Source: Malacoraja senta (lineage: Eukaryota). From it: a DNA stretch of 64,000 nt. Location of the stretch: positions 1,180,001-1,244,000 of the forward strand of contig CM075999.1 in assembly GCA_038087875.1 (NCBI GenBank), in the 5' to 3' direction. Below are positions 50,039 through 62,562 of this stretch, in pieces. The translations under genes and the position numbers were made by a program. The notes under the pieces are model-generated. The model was not told the DNA's origin, did no database searches, and saw only the letters and a program-made list of their open reading frames with translations. Within the stretch, counting starts at the first letter, position 1. Every line of letters begins with the position of its first letter.

Positions 50039-50432
50039 GGGCGGCATTTTGGCACAGCGGTAGAGTTACTGCCTTACAGCGCTTGCAACGCCGGAGACCC
50101 GGGTTCGATCCCGACTATGGGTGCTGGCGAGGCCCCCCCTAGATCTCGAGGCCCTAGGCTTAAGCTTGTGAAGCTTATACGTAAATCCGGCCCGGGGTGC
50201 TGTCTGTACGGAGTTTGTACTTTCTCCCCGTGACCTGCATGGGTTTTCTCCGAGATCTTCCGTATCCCCCCCCATACTCCAAAAACGTGCAGGTTTGCAG
50301 GTTAATTGGCTTGGTATAAATGTATATTGTCCCTAGTATGTGTAGGGTGGTGTTACTGTGTGGGGGTCGCTGGTCGGCACGGACCTGGTGGGCTGAAGGG
50401 CCTGGCTCCGCACTGTATCTCTGAACTAAACA
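50039..50432 (+). mobile_element. HE1-like SINE with a 68-bp insert (50127-50194)
   Basis: SINE consensus is interrupted; gggtgctg is duplicated at 50119-50126 and 50195-50202. Confidence 0.85.
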
Positions 50433-50999
50433 AATGTGAAGCTGATTATTCCAAAACTCTCAGTAGAGGCAGCATGAATTTATGGATCTAATTCAGGAGC
50501 AAGACCTCCAAAGAAAACAATGTTAACATCGAAACATGAAGAAAGGAGAATGGACAAGTTTTAACTTATATTGTCGAAAAAAAGATTGCATGCTTAGTTG
50601 TCTAATTGAGCTTTAATACATTGATTCTTTTTTAATGCCCATGTTAATTGATCATGGTTTTTTGCATACAGCTTTTTGTCATTAGAATAAGCATCTTGGG
50701 GCCCAGCCAGAGAGCGTTTCATGATGAATTGTGCAGTAAACAATGTGCAGCCAGCAGGGAGGACATGCAAATTGCAAACCAATCCATCTTGAATTCTTCC
50801 TAATTCCAACAGCATTACTTTCAAGTTTGCAAAACAACAATTTGTACTTCAGTTGTAATGCCGAAGGTTTCCAGTCTGCTGTGATAGCATTTAAAAAAAC
50901 AAAATTAAGCTCCATTCACTTCAGGAGATAAAAGGGACAGTGATTACTCCAAAATGGAGATTTAAGGCAGAGATAGATAGATAGATTCTAGATTAGTGT

Positions 51000-51209
51000 T
51001 TAAGAAGGAACTGCAGATGCTGGAAAATCGACGGTAGACAAAAGTGCTGGAGAAACTCAGCGGGTGCAGCAGCATCTATGGAGCGAAGGAAATAGGCAAC
51101 GTTTTGGGCTCAGTCTGAAGAAGGGTTTCGGCCCGAAACGTTTCCTATTTCCATTCGCTCCATAGATGCTGCTGCACCCGCTGAGTTTCTCCAGCACTTT
51201 TGTCTACCC
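51000..51209. mobile_element. Penelope-derived hairpin insert with 18-bp TSD
   Basis: tagattctagattagtgt at 50982-50999 and 51210-51227; inverted arms; CTGAAGA...GAAACGTT core. Confidence 0.9.
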
Positions 51210-51474
51210 TAGATTCTAGATTAGTGTGGATGCCAGGGATCATGGGGGAGAAGGCAGGAGAATGGGGTTAGGAGAGAGAGATAGATCAGCCATGATTGAT
51301 TGGCGGGGTAGTCCAGATGAGCCGACGGGCCTAATTTTGCTCCTATCACATGACCACATTTAAGGGCCATCAGAAAGGAGAAGAAAGAAGGGGAGAGTTA
51401 GAGGATTGATTTCCAGGGTAACAGAGGAATTGGCCACGACTGGTTAGACAGTTGACATGAAGGGTGCACACTAA

Positions 51475-51806
51475 TAGCCCTGTCCCACGGTACGAGTTCA
51501 TTCCAAGAGCTCTCCCGAGTTTGCCCTGATTCAAACTCGGAGATTTACGGTAATGGCCACTCGTCGGTACTCGGGGCTCTTGTGGACATTTTTTAACATG
51601 TTGAAAAATCTTCACGAGTCTTCCCGTGCTTACCTGCCGTTAGCGAGTCTTCCAGAGTACCTGCCGTTGGCGTTACGAGCCGCTAAGAGACGTCCCCGAG
51701 CTCCGACGTACCCGCTACGTTCATTCTCCGTGCTTACCACGAGTTTGAATTTTTTTTAAACTCAGGAGAGGTCTTGGAATGAAACTCGCACCGTGGGACA
51801 GGGCTA
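51475..51806. mobile_element. Harbinger/PIF-type MITE (sister of 45808-46127)
   Basis: tagccctgtcccacggt ... accgtgggacagggcta with TAA TSD. Confidence 0.92.
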
Positions 51807-52192
51807 TAAGCAAGAATTGGATGAATTCTCAGAAGGTTATAGGAGTAGAATTGTTATATTGTTGACAGGACAGACAAGGATTAGAAAGCACAAACGAGGC
51901 TGAGATATTGCTGAACCGGGAACAAACATAGACTGAAGAAGGGTTTCGACCCGAAACGTTGCCTATTTCCTCAGCTCCATAGATGCTGCATCACCCGCTG
52001 AGTTTCTCCAGCACTTTTGTCTACCACAGGTCACCAAGCCCCAGGTTATATCTGAACAGCAGTTGGTAATTACTTTACTAAATAATTCTCATGTTCTTAC
52101 TTCTCTGCTCCAATGAATTCCTGATTTGAAGCTCTGATTCCGAAGGGAAATTGTCTCCTCTACAGCAGATTTTGCGGGTTGGTGTTCAGCTA

Positions 52193-52507
52193 AGTTTTGT
52201 TTAGAGATACAGCGCAGAAACTGGCTCTTCGGCCCATCGACTCTGAACTGACCAACGATCCCCGCACATTAACACTATCCTACACACGCACTAGGGGCAA
52301 TTTACAATTTATACTTGTACCAGCCTACAAACCTGTATGTCTTTGGAATGTGGGACGAAACCGAAGATCTCGGAGAAAACCCACACGGTCATGGGAAGAA
52401 CGTACAAACTCCGTACAGACAGCACCCGTAGTCAGGATCGAACCCGGGTCTCGGGAGCTGCAAGCGCTGTAAGGCAGCAACTCTACCACTGCGCCACCGT
52501 GCCGCCC
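52193..52507 (-). mobile_element. HE1-like V-SINE, full length
   Basis: Reverse complement starts gggcggcacggtggcgcagtggtagagttgctgcc; further copies near 52840-53090 (+), 57760-58065 (-), 59190-59499 (-) and 63450-63565 (-). Confidence 0.9.
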
Positions 52508-54868
52508 TAAATGGTGGTTGTGACTTTGCCAGTGGAATCTTCACACAACATAAAAACTCCAAGCAGACCCACACACCTGTCCACTTGGGTTTCGTCTCCC
52601 TTCCTGTCCTCACCCCAATCCGGTTCCATCTGCTCATCATCCCTCCACTGTTTGGTTCCACTTATCACCTTCAAGCCTTTGGTTCCACTTATCACCTTCA
52701 AGCCTTTCCCCTTCCCTCCTTCCACCTGCCTCCATCTACTCATCATCCCCTACTTCATCTGGTTCCACCCATCTTCATGCTGGCTCCCTTCCCTCTACAC
52801 ACTCGGTCCTGATCCGTGTGGCTCCCTTCCCTCTACACACACGGGTGCTGTCCGTGTGGAGTTTGCACGTTCTCTGTGTGACCGTGTGGGTTTCCTCGTG
52901 GTGCTCTGGTTTCCTCCCATATCCCAATGATATGGTTAGGTTATACGTAGGTTAATTGTAAACTACCCCCTAATGTGTAGGGAGTGGTTGAGGAAGTGGG
53001 ATTGCTTAGAACTAGCCTGAACAGGCTGGTCAGGATGGACTCGGTAGAGCAAAGAGCCTGTTTCCATGCTGTATCTCTAAAACTAAAGATAAAACATCCC
53101 TAACACAGGAGACATTTCCACAGTCTACACATTGCAGAAATATAGAATGCTGCAAAGCAGTCTATACATCCTATTGCTCTTTGGGACAGTGGCAAAAATA
53201 CTAATTAGTTTTTTCCCCATAGCATTGCAAATGTATCAACTGAAAACTCACTCATTACTGAGAACGGAAGCTCCTACTTGTAATTGTTTTGATGGGCAGT
53301 TCAAGGAGAGAAGGGAAAATTTGTTTCTCATCTTAACCCTCAGGCAATTTTCTGGTACAGGGAAAAAATAAAGTGTAGAAATCCATATAACACAACAAGG
53401 TATAAAAACACACTATAACATCTCCCCCTGCTCCACAGTGACAATCAAACCAGGCCAGCAGATCACATGAATCAGACTGCATCCCATTGCAATCAAGTTT
53501 CAGAAAGGGAATACAACATCACTCCGTTTCCCTCTGCCCTGACTCTCAGTCTGAAGCAGGGACTCGACCTCTTCCCCTCAGTCTGAAGAAGGGACTCGAA
53601 CCTATTACTTTTCTCCAGAGATGCTGCCTGACCCGCTGAGTTACTCCAGCATTTTGTGTCTATCTTCGGTGTAAACCAGCATCTGCAGTTCCTTCCTACA
53701 CAATACCATTCAATGCATTCACTGCTAACAACATGGAATTTATTTGTAACCACTATATCTTCCCATCTGGCCCCTCCTGAAAATTGTTATACTTAACACT
53801 TTCTCTGCCTTTATCTAGAACCAGTCAATCTCATGCGTAAACAGATCTTTATCCCACGTCTCACCCCATCTTCCCATTCAACTGATTTATAAGATGATAA
53901 GTGATAAGAGCAGAATTAGGCCATTCGGCCCATCAAGTCTACTCCACCATTCAATCATGGCTGATCTATCTCTTCCTCCTAACCCCATTCTCCTGCCTTC
54001 TCCCCCATAATCCCTGACACCCATACTAATCAAGAATCTCTCTATCTCTGCCTTAAAAATATCCATTGACTTGGCCTCCACAGCATTCTGTGGCAAAGAA
54101 TTCCACACATCCACCACCCTCTGACTAAAGAAATTCCTCCTCTTCTCCTTCCTAAAGGAACGTCCTTTAATTCTGAGGCTATGACCTCTAGTCCTAGACT
54201 CTCCCACAAGTGGAAACATCATCTCTACTTCCACTCTAACCAAGCCTTTCATGATTTGCAACTTGGCATTCCTTCAAAATTATTCCCTGATACGCCCACC
54301 AGTGGGATTATATTATCACCCGGTAATTAGAGTTTATATATTGCTTCCTCAATGATGACTGCACTGAATCAATGTGGCTACGTGGCATTACATTGCATTC
54401 AGATAAATATGGATTAAATGTACACTCTGCAAACTAATAGAACAATATTCTTGCTATAATCAAGTGAATATGAAGCAGTTATTTATTCAGAGATTTTACC
54501 AGAGTTCGCGAGTGTTTTAAAACGTTTGACATAATTATAGTCCAGCACCATTTCAGCTGGGATTTGCCAGCGAGGCAGATTTAGGAGCCAGTTTCACACA
54601 GAAATTCTTCCCATTGCTTCCAGTATATGTGGGATGGAGAAGCACATTGATCTGTTTGAATAGCTCACAGCGTCACGTCTGTAAAAGGGTATTTGTGAGA
54701 TTTAGTTCGTTCAAAAAATACTTAATCAATCAAAAATTAATCAAATAACGCAGATTTTTTTCTAATTCACTGCCAAAGGAACCATTTGGAAAATTACGTT
54801 TTTTTTTAATACAATTCCAAACTCTGTGCTTATAAAATAGAAATGGAGATAACTAACATTACCCGAGA

Positions 54869-55086
54869 TGTAGGAAGGAACTGCAGATGCTGGTTTAAAC
54901 CAATGATAGACACAAAAGGCTGGAGTAACTCAGCGTGTGAGACAGCATCTCTGGAGAAAAGGGGTAGGTGACTTTTCGGGTTGAGATCCTTCTTCTGAAG
55001 ATGGGTCTCAACCCGAAACGTCACCTATTCCTTTTCTCCAGAGATGCTGCCTGACTCGTTGAGTTATTCCATCTTTTTGTATCTAT
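54869..55086. mobile_element. Penelope-derived hairpin insert
   Basis: Inverted arms around ctgaagatgggtctcaacccgaaacgtcacc. Confidence 0.85.
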
Positions 55087-58000
55087 TTAAAATTACGCTA
55101 TAGTTTTATAAATCATTGGCGGGCTGGATTATTATGTTCCATTCAAGTTAAAGGAGACAATGCAAAGATGGTTTACCTGAAGCCACATTGAGTTTAGGAA
55201 GAGCTTGCATTCCAATCTAATTCTATGTTCCAGATAGCTCACAATAATTGGGTGGGGGGCGGTGGAAACATCATGAGTGCATTTTTAATCATGAATCATT
55301 TGCTTTCCTACAAAGAGTGATCAAAATCCATTTCTGCTGCACCATCCTTTCTCTTCCACATCTGATCTGAGCCCATTCCCGGAATCAGGATAGTAAACAT
55401 TCAAAGGTTCCATATTTTGGAATTTGGAACAAAGGACTTGGTGGGAATTGGAACAGGACCTACACCGACCATCAATTACCCGTCCCACCAACAACAGATA
55501 TGGACCCTTTAGATGTTGAGCTAGGGAGATGGAAGCTTCCATGTTAAGCCTTGTGGCAGATCAATGTGGCTGCTATTGCTGGAGGAACTTTCAAAGGTTT
55601 CACGTTTGTATTTAAACGGTAACTCTGCCTAAGAATCAAAGCAGGTATAAATAGGAACACTTCCTGGTAATGTCAAGCTCCAGAACTTCCCTGGGTTTCC
55701 TTGCCCACTCTGTGATTGAGATGCAAGCGATAAGAAATACATTATGGGACAAAAAAATGCAGCAACTGAGAAGGAAGGCCAAATGAAAGGCACGTCGTAC
55801 ACAGAGAGTGGAGGAGGAGAGAGCTGCTGGTGACGATGGCGGAGTGGGCCGGTAGGAGAGGATAGGCGAGCCTTCAAGGTCGGCCGCAGGAGGCACTCTC
55901 TGGACACGGAGGCGGTCGGGCGTGGAGAGGGATGTCGGTTCGCGGGCCGAGCCGGTCAAGCTCGACGGAGGACGCCCTATAGCAGCCAATGTACAGGGAA
56001 AGCATGAGGCTGCTGGCAGTGGTAGATTTTGCCTGGTCATTGCATCCATTACAAATACAACCCTCCCTCCCTCCATCAAAAGCATCAAAATGATGCGCTG
56101 ACGGAAGAAGGCGGCAGACACAAAATGCTGGAGTAACTCAGCGGGACAAGCAGCATCTGTGGAGAGAAGGAATGGGTGATGTTTCAGGTCGAACCCTTCT
56201 TCCGATGGTGGCATCTATCCTCAAGGCTTCCCACCATTCTGACCATGCCCTCTTATCCCTGCTACCATAGGACCGGAGGTACAGAAACCTGAGGTTAAGG
56301 AACAGCTATTTTCATGCAACTATCAGGTTCTTGAACCAATCTACCTCAACACAGAAACACCATGGTTAACCTTTTGCACTACCAAGGTCTTGTTTTTCTT
56401 CCTATTTGTGTTTTTGCACTAATGTTTATTTTTGTTGCTATCATAGTCATAGATTCTTACAATGTCGAAACAGGCCCTACGGCCCAACTTGCCCACACCA
56501 GCCAACATGTCCCATCTACACTAGCCCCACCTGCCTGCATTTGGCCCATATCCCTCTACACCTGTCTTATCCATATACCTGTCTAGATTTTTCTTAAACG
56601 CTTCGATAGTCCCTGTCTCAACTTCAATTTAAACCAGCATCTGCAGTTCTTACCTACACAAAAAATAATCTCCCTTCCTTTTTGAAATTTAATGTGTATT
56701 TTATCTATAATTTGTTTTTGTGCATGGTTGGAGTGTGTGTGTCTGAAATGCTGCAGCAAGCAATATTTAACATTGTACCTGAACTTCACTGTACTTGTGC
56801 AGATGGCAATAAAATCTACTTGTTTAAGAAAGAACTGCAGATGCTGGTAAAATTGAAGGTAGACACAAAATGCTGGAGAAACTCATCGGGTGAGGCAGCA
56901 TCTATGGAGAGAAGAAATTGAAGACGTTTCAGGTCGAGGCCCGTCCCGAAATGTCGCCAATTCCTTCTCTCCATAGATGTCTCCAGCATTTTGTGTCTAT
57001 AATAAAGTCTACTTGACTTGCATAGCCATCTATTGACAACTGACTTTCAAGACGTGCATCTATTGATCATCATGTATCTTTCTGATTTATGTTGTCCAAA
57101 TGAATTCCATCTTAATTGCTGGTGTCCATTGACAGTGTAGATGTGAACTGACTTGCTCTTTGTTCCAGCATATTTTGCTTTGATTACAAGGAATAAATTC
57201 ATCCCTAATGGTTGTGAAATATTCAGAAGCTTGGCTTTAGTCAGGCAAATGCTAAAATTCAAACTGAATTGTTAACATTTCCAGACCGTGCACAGTGACT
57301 GAAAATACTCCTTCAATTACATTCTCACAGCGCTGAAAAGACTCAAAACCCTCGGGATTTAATAACTTGATAAAACACACACAGCCAGTCTGAAGAAGGG
57401 TCTCGACCCAAAATGTCACCCATTCCTTCTATCCAGAGATGCTGCCTGTCCCGCCGAGTTACTCCAGCATTTAGTGTCTATCACCAATTTTCATCTATTC
57501 CTTATTAAAACATAAAAAGCCACGGCAATACTCTGCTTTTGTAAATAGCCAGCAGTTGATTTCTACGTACTGGCCATGCAGAAATTCTCCTTAAATAAGA
57601 CCTTTTAAAACGGTACAGCCATCTATCACGATGCTCCTGATCATCTCTGTCCATCCTTGTGAATCACTTTCATGTGCAAATGGCTTCTGTTTCACCGTGG
57701 CTTCAATCAGTCAGCTTTCCTTTAGGTGGGAGTTATTGCACATCCGCTGCAGGATTCTGAAATACAACATGGCAACAGGCCATTCGGCCCAACTAGTCCA
57801 TACCGACCAAAGATCATCCATTCACCCCAGTTTTATGTTATCCCTCATTCTCGTTCACTCCTTACAGACGAGGGGGCAAGTGAACAATTAAGCAACATAC
57901 TTGTGAGTCCTTGGGATGTGGAAGGAAACCGGAGCATCCAGAGGAAAACACTGTGATCACGGGGAGAACGTGCAAACTCCACACAGACAACACCCGAGGC

Positions 58001-58715
58001 CAGGATCGAACCTGGGGTCTCCAGCGCTGTGAGGCAGCAGCTTTACCAGCTGCGCCACCATGCAAGTCTTGCGGTCAGGCCCCTGAATCTGCAACCTTCT
58101 GATTTAGCTGCAGTAGTGCTATCTGCTGAGAAGCAATTCAACTGGGTGCATCAAGCAGAATCCAAAAGCTGCTGTATTTTGAAAGCAAATTAGACCATTG
58201 CATGTTAAGGGGCATGGGAACGCAAAATTGAATCGGCATTGAAATCCCACTAGTGTTCTAAAATAATTTATAGATTATATGTGAGGAAGACAGGCCACGA
58301 TGGAACATGTGGGGAAAGGTTAGTTCAGTACTGATCCTCCCGCAGTCCCACTGCGAGACTGCTTTTTAATGGCATTAACAAGTGTATTTGTAATCTTTAA
58401 ATCAAAGGTCAGTATTGAATCCACAGCAGGCAAAGTAAATACTTTCCACGTTGGAATCTGTATTTTCAGACCTTACAATTAAATAAGTGCTTTTCTTCAA
58501 GAAAGCAAATTATCAAGTGAATGACTGTAAACTTTCACGCTCCATGCAGCTACGATCAATTCCTGGCACCATCTTTTCTCATCCACCTTGCACACTGAAA
58601 ATCATCTGCCATTGTCTTATTAAACCACAATGTCTTATCTTTTCAGTTATTTTCTACGAATTGAGGCTGAATGGAATCAAGGTTCACCAGGTTTTCCAAC
58701 AGGTTGATGGCTCAA

Positions 58716-59185
58716 GGGCGACATTTGGCGACAGCCTGAAAAGAGGTTGTCGCGGCGCAGTCGGGGTGTGACACGACGTGACCCATGGTGACGCATCTAG
58801 TGACACGCGGTGTCTCCCTGCCGTCCCTGGATTTTGGAATGCTCAAAATCTTCAGGCGACATCTGGGTGTCTTTTCATGTCGTGCGCCCTGTCACACGCT
58901 GACGTACGCTGTCCTGCCGGTGACGCCCAATGGCGCTGACGTTAAATAAACAATTTATTTCTTTAAAAGTTGTTGGTCCTTAGATTTATTGTAGATTAGT
59001 TCATTTCCAATGTGATTATTATACTTCAGTGTAACCTTCTTGTGTTGTGAAGGCGGGTGGCACGGAGAGTCGTAGCTTGACGTGACGCGGAGTGTCGTAC
59101 AACTTGACGGTTTTTAGGGCGACCACGGGCGTCAGTTGCTGACGTTCGCAGTCACCGAAAAAAATCGCAAAGTGGGACATGCCCT
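58716..59185. mobile_element. Harbinger/PIF-type MITE fragment (right TIR only)
   Basis: CpG-rich body ending aagtgggacatgccct; left boundary approximate. Confidence 0.65.
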
Positions 59186-60141
59186 TCACTCTTTAGAGTT
59201 TGGAGATACAGTGAGGAAAGAGGCCCTTTGGCCCACTGAGCCCGTGCTGACCAGCGGTCACTCCGTACACTAGCTCTATCCTACACACCAGGGACAATTT
59301 TAGAACATTACCAAAGTCAATTAACCTACAAACTTGAATGTCTTTGGAGTGTGGGAGTAAACCAGGGCACCCGGAGAAAACCCACGCGTTCACAGAGAGA
59401 ACGTACAAACTCCGTACAGACAGTACCTGAGGTCAGGGTCGAACCCGGATCTCTGGCGCTGTAAGGAAGCAACTCTACCGCAGCGCCACCGTGCCACCCC
59501 AGGAGTGTGTCAATCCACAACTTTTTCTTCCTCCAGGTTATAACAAAGACAGCTGACCGCATTTAGGCCCTCAGAGCTGTCTTACCTCTCACCTCTGAGC
59601 ATCACATCTTAGAAGGTTGAGTTTAGTTTAGTTTATTATTATTACGCGAACTGAGTACAGTGAAAAAGCTTTTGTTTGCGTGCTATCCAGAGAAAATGCT
59701 ATGCATGAACACAATCAAGTTGTCCATGGTGTACAGACAAAGGATAAAGGGTTAGTGCAAGCAAGACCTGCTGTGGAAATAAATATTTAGGTGTGGAACG
59801 ATTGCAATGGATGATAGCAGACCCTCTGTTGGGACCAGCGGGCAAAGGGGCACCATGCTCTAAACATAGAAACATAGAAACAAAGCAAATAGGGGCAGGA
59901 GTAGGCCATTCGGCCATTCGAGCTAGCACCTCCATTCAAGATGATTATGGCTGATTATCCAAAATCAGTATCCCGTTCCTGCTTTTTCCCCATATCCCTT
60001 GATTCCGTTAGCCCCAGGAGCTATATCCAACTCTCCTGTGAATTGGCCTCCACTGCCTTCTGTGGCAGAGAATTCTCTGGCTGAAAACGTTTTTTCTCAT
60101 CTCATTCCTAAATGGCCTAAACCTTATTCTGAAACTGTGAC

Positions 60142-60302
60142 AAAATGTTTAAGAAGGAACTGCAGATGCTGGAAAATCAAAGGTAGACAAAAATGCTGGA
60201 GAAACTCAGCGGGTGAGGCAGCATCTATGGAGCGAAGGAAATAGGCAACGTTTCGGGTCGAAACCCTTCTTCCGACGAGTTTCTCCAGCATTTTTGTCTA
60301 CC
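60142..60302. mobile_element. Penelope-derived insert with 15-bp TSD inside a CR1 fragment (about 59865-60480, -)
   Basis: ttctgaaactgtgac at 60127-60141 and 60303-60317. Confidence 0.88.
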
Positions 60303-60811
60303 TTCTGAAACTGTGACCCCTGGTTCTGGACTCCCCCAACAACGGGAACATTTTTCATGCATCGAGCCTGTCCAATCCCTTAAGAATTTTATATGTTTCT
60401 ATAAGATTCCCTCTCATCCTTCTAAATTCCAATTAATACAAGCCCAGCCGACCTATTCTTTCATCATATGTCAGTCCCGCCATCTAGTGCCATCTTGGGT
60501 GATGGGTACTGAAATGGGCCCTTCAGTCCACCACTTCCATGCCAATCCTTTGCCCATTAATACTACTCCGACTTGTCCACATTAGGACCATATCCAACTA
60601 CGCCTTGGCTATTCAAATGCCTTTCTCAGTCTTAAACACAGTGATTGTAATTGATTCCACCACCTTCTCTGGCAGCGCATTCCAGATATTAGTCACCCTC
60701 TGTGTGAAAAAACTTTCCCCTCACATAACTCTTTAAGACTCATTACATTTACCTTAAAGCTATGCTCTCATGTTTCTGGTAACCCTCCTCCGGGAAAAAA
60801 AAATTCTGTCT

Positions 60812-61035
60812 ATAGACACAAAATTCTGGAATAACTCAGCGGGACAGGCAGCACCTCTGGAGAGAAGGAATGGGTGACGCTTCGGGTCGAGACCCTTCCT
60901 CAGAGTCTGAAGAAGAGTCTCGACCCAAAACGTCACCCATTCCTTCTCTCCAGAGATGCTGCCTGTCCCACTGAGTTACTCCAGCTTTTTGTGTCTATCT
61001 TCAGTTTAAACCAGCATCTGCAGTTTCTTCCAACA
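60812..61035. mobile_element. Penelope-derived hairpin insert
   Basis: Arms of about 90 bp in inverted orientation, each with a decayed hammerhead-like motif. Confidence 0.85.
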
Positions 61036-61174
61036 TATACTGTGTATACCTCTTGTAATATTATAAATCTTCATCAGGTCACCTGACAGCCTTCTTCACT
61101 CCAGGGAAAACAAGCCCAGCTTGTCTGATCTCTCCCCATAACTAGAGCCCTCCAATCCGAGACATACTGAACAC

Positions 61175-61897
61175 CAGGTGGCGCCAGCAATGGCTGCCTC
61201 GCCAACAGTCTGTCCGTCCCTTCCTTCTTTTGTATGTGTTAAATGTATGTTTTAGTGTTCTTTACCTTGTTTTATGTGGGTGGTGGGGAGTGGGGGGGGG
61301 GGGGTTGTTGGGGGGAAATTGTTCTAATCTCTTACCTCGACAGAGATGCAATATTTTTACGTATCGAATCTCCGTTCGCACTGCGGCCTAACTGTGTGGA
61401 GTTGGCGGCCTTTGCTGGAGACCGATCTCGAGAGCTCCACCGCTGGTGCCTGCGGACTTTAACATCACGGAGCCCGCGATTCCTTTGCCAGGGATCGACC
61501 TCTGAGCTCCACACGCTGGAGTCTGCGGGACTTTAACATCACGGAGCTTGCGGCCTCTGGTCAGAGACCGACTTTGGAAACTCCAAGCCACAGGAGCTTT
61601 GACCACCCCGATGCAGGAGCTTCAATCGCCCCGACTGCAGATGGTTCGACCGCTGGCTGCGGGAGCTTCGATCGCCCCGACTGCGGGAGAATAAAAGAGG
61701 AAGAAGTTTGGACTTTATTGCCTTCCATCACAGTGAGGAACGTGGGGAATCCGCTGTGGCGGATGTTTATGTCAACTTTATGTAGTTGTGTGTCTTGTTG
61801 CTTATTTTTTAGTATGGATGTGTGGTCATTCAACTTTCACTGTACCTTAATTGGTACATGTGACAATAAACTGACCATGAAACGTTGAAACCTTGAA
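61175..61897 (+). mobile_element. Non-coding retroposon with internal repeats and LINE-like 3' tail
   Basis: Starts caggtggcgcc; repeats gactttaacatcacggagc twice and ggagctt.ga.c.cccc three times; ends tgtgacaataaa...(ttgaa); splits a CR1 relic. Confidence 0.55.
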
Positions 61898-62178
61898 TCT
61901 CCTCCATATTCTCTCCAATGCAATCACTTCCTTAGTCAAGGGTTACAGCTTCATGCCAGAGACCTGAGCACCTAATTCAGGATGAAACAGTCATGTTATA
62001 TTGAGCTACAACAACTCTATCAGAATGACTAATGTCTTTCAGATGAGATGATAAATAGAGCTTTTATCTACCATCAAGGACACAGAATGTAATCAGGAAA
62101 ATTTGTCCTAATGTCCTATTCATCTCTCAGGCCAATACACATCCCTCAACCAATATCTGTACCTCATCATTTGCAATC

Positions 62179-62562
62179 AGAGATAGACACAAAATACTGG
62201 AGTAAATCAGCGGGACAGGCAGCATCTCTGGAGAGAAGGAATGGGTAACATTTCGGGTCGGGACCCTTGCTCAGACGGAAAGTCATGGGAAAGGGAATCG
62301 AGAGATACAGACAATGATGTGAAGAGATATAGAACAAGTGCATGCAAGATATGCAAAAAAGTAACATATCTTTCATTCATTTGTTCTATATCTCTCTGCA
62401 TCTTTTTATCTCTTGTTTCCCTTTCCCATGACTCTCAGTCTGAAGATGGGTCTCGACCCGAAACGTCACCCATTCCTTCTTTCTAGAGATGCTGCCTGAC
62501 CCGCTGAGTTACTCCAGCATTTTGTGTCTCTCTTCGGTTTAAACCAGCAGTTCCTTCCCACA
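62179..62562. mobile_element. Long Penelope-derived hairpin insert with 11-bp TSD
   Basis: catttgcaatc on both sides; long inverted arms centred near 62360. Confidence 0.88.
62436..62470 (+). ncRNA. Minimal type I hammerhead ribozyme motif (clearest copy)
   Basis: CUGAAGA (62440-62446), stem II GGGU-cucg-ACCC, GAAAC, GUC triplet (62465-62467); helix I has only 2 obvious base pairs. Confidence 0.6.

Noticed and set aside
52651..52705. 27-bp tandem duplication
   Set aside because: Ordinary slippage within a decayed repeat.
55636..56214. 192-aa minus-strand ORF
   Set aside because: It begins inside a Penelope-derived repeat and crosses unrelated segments.
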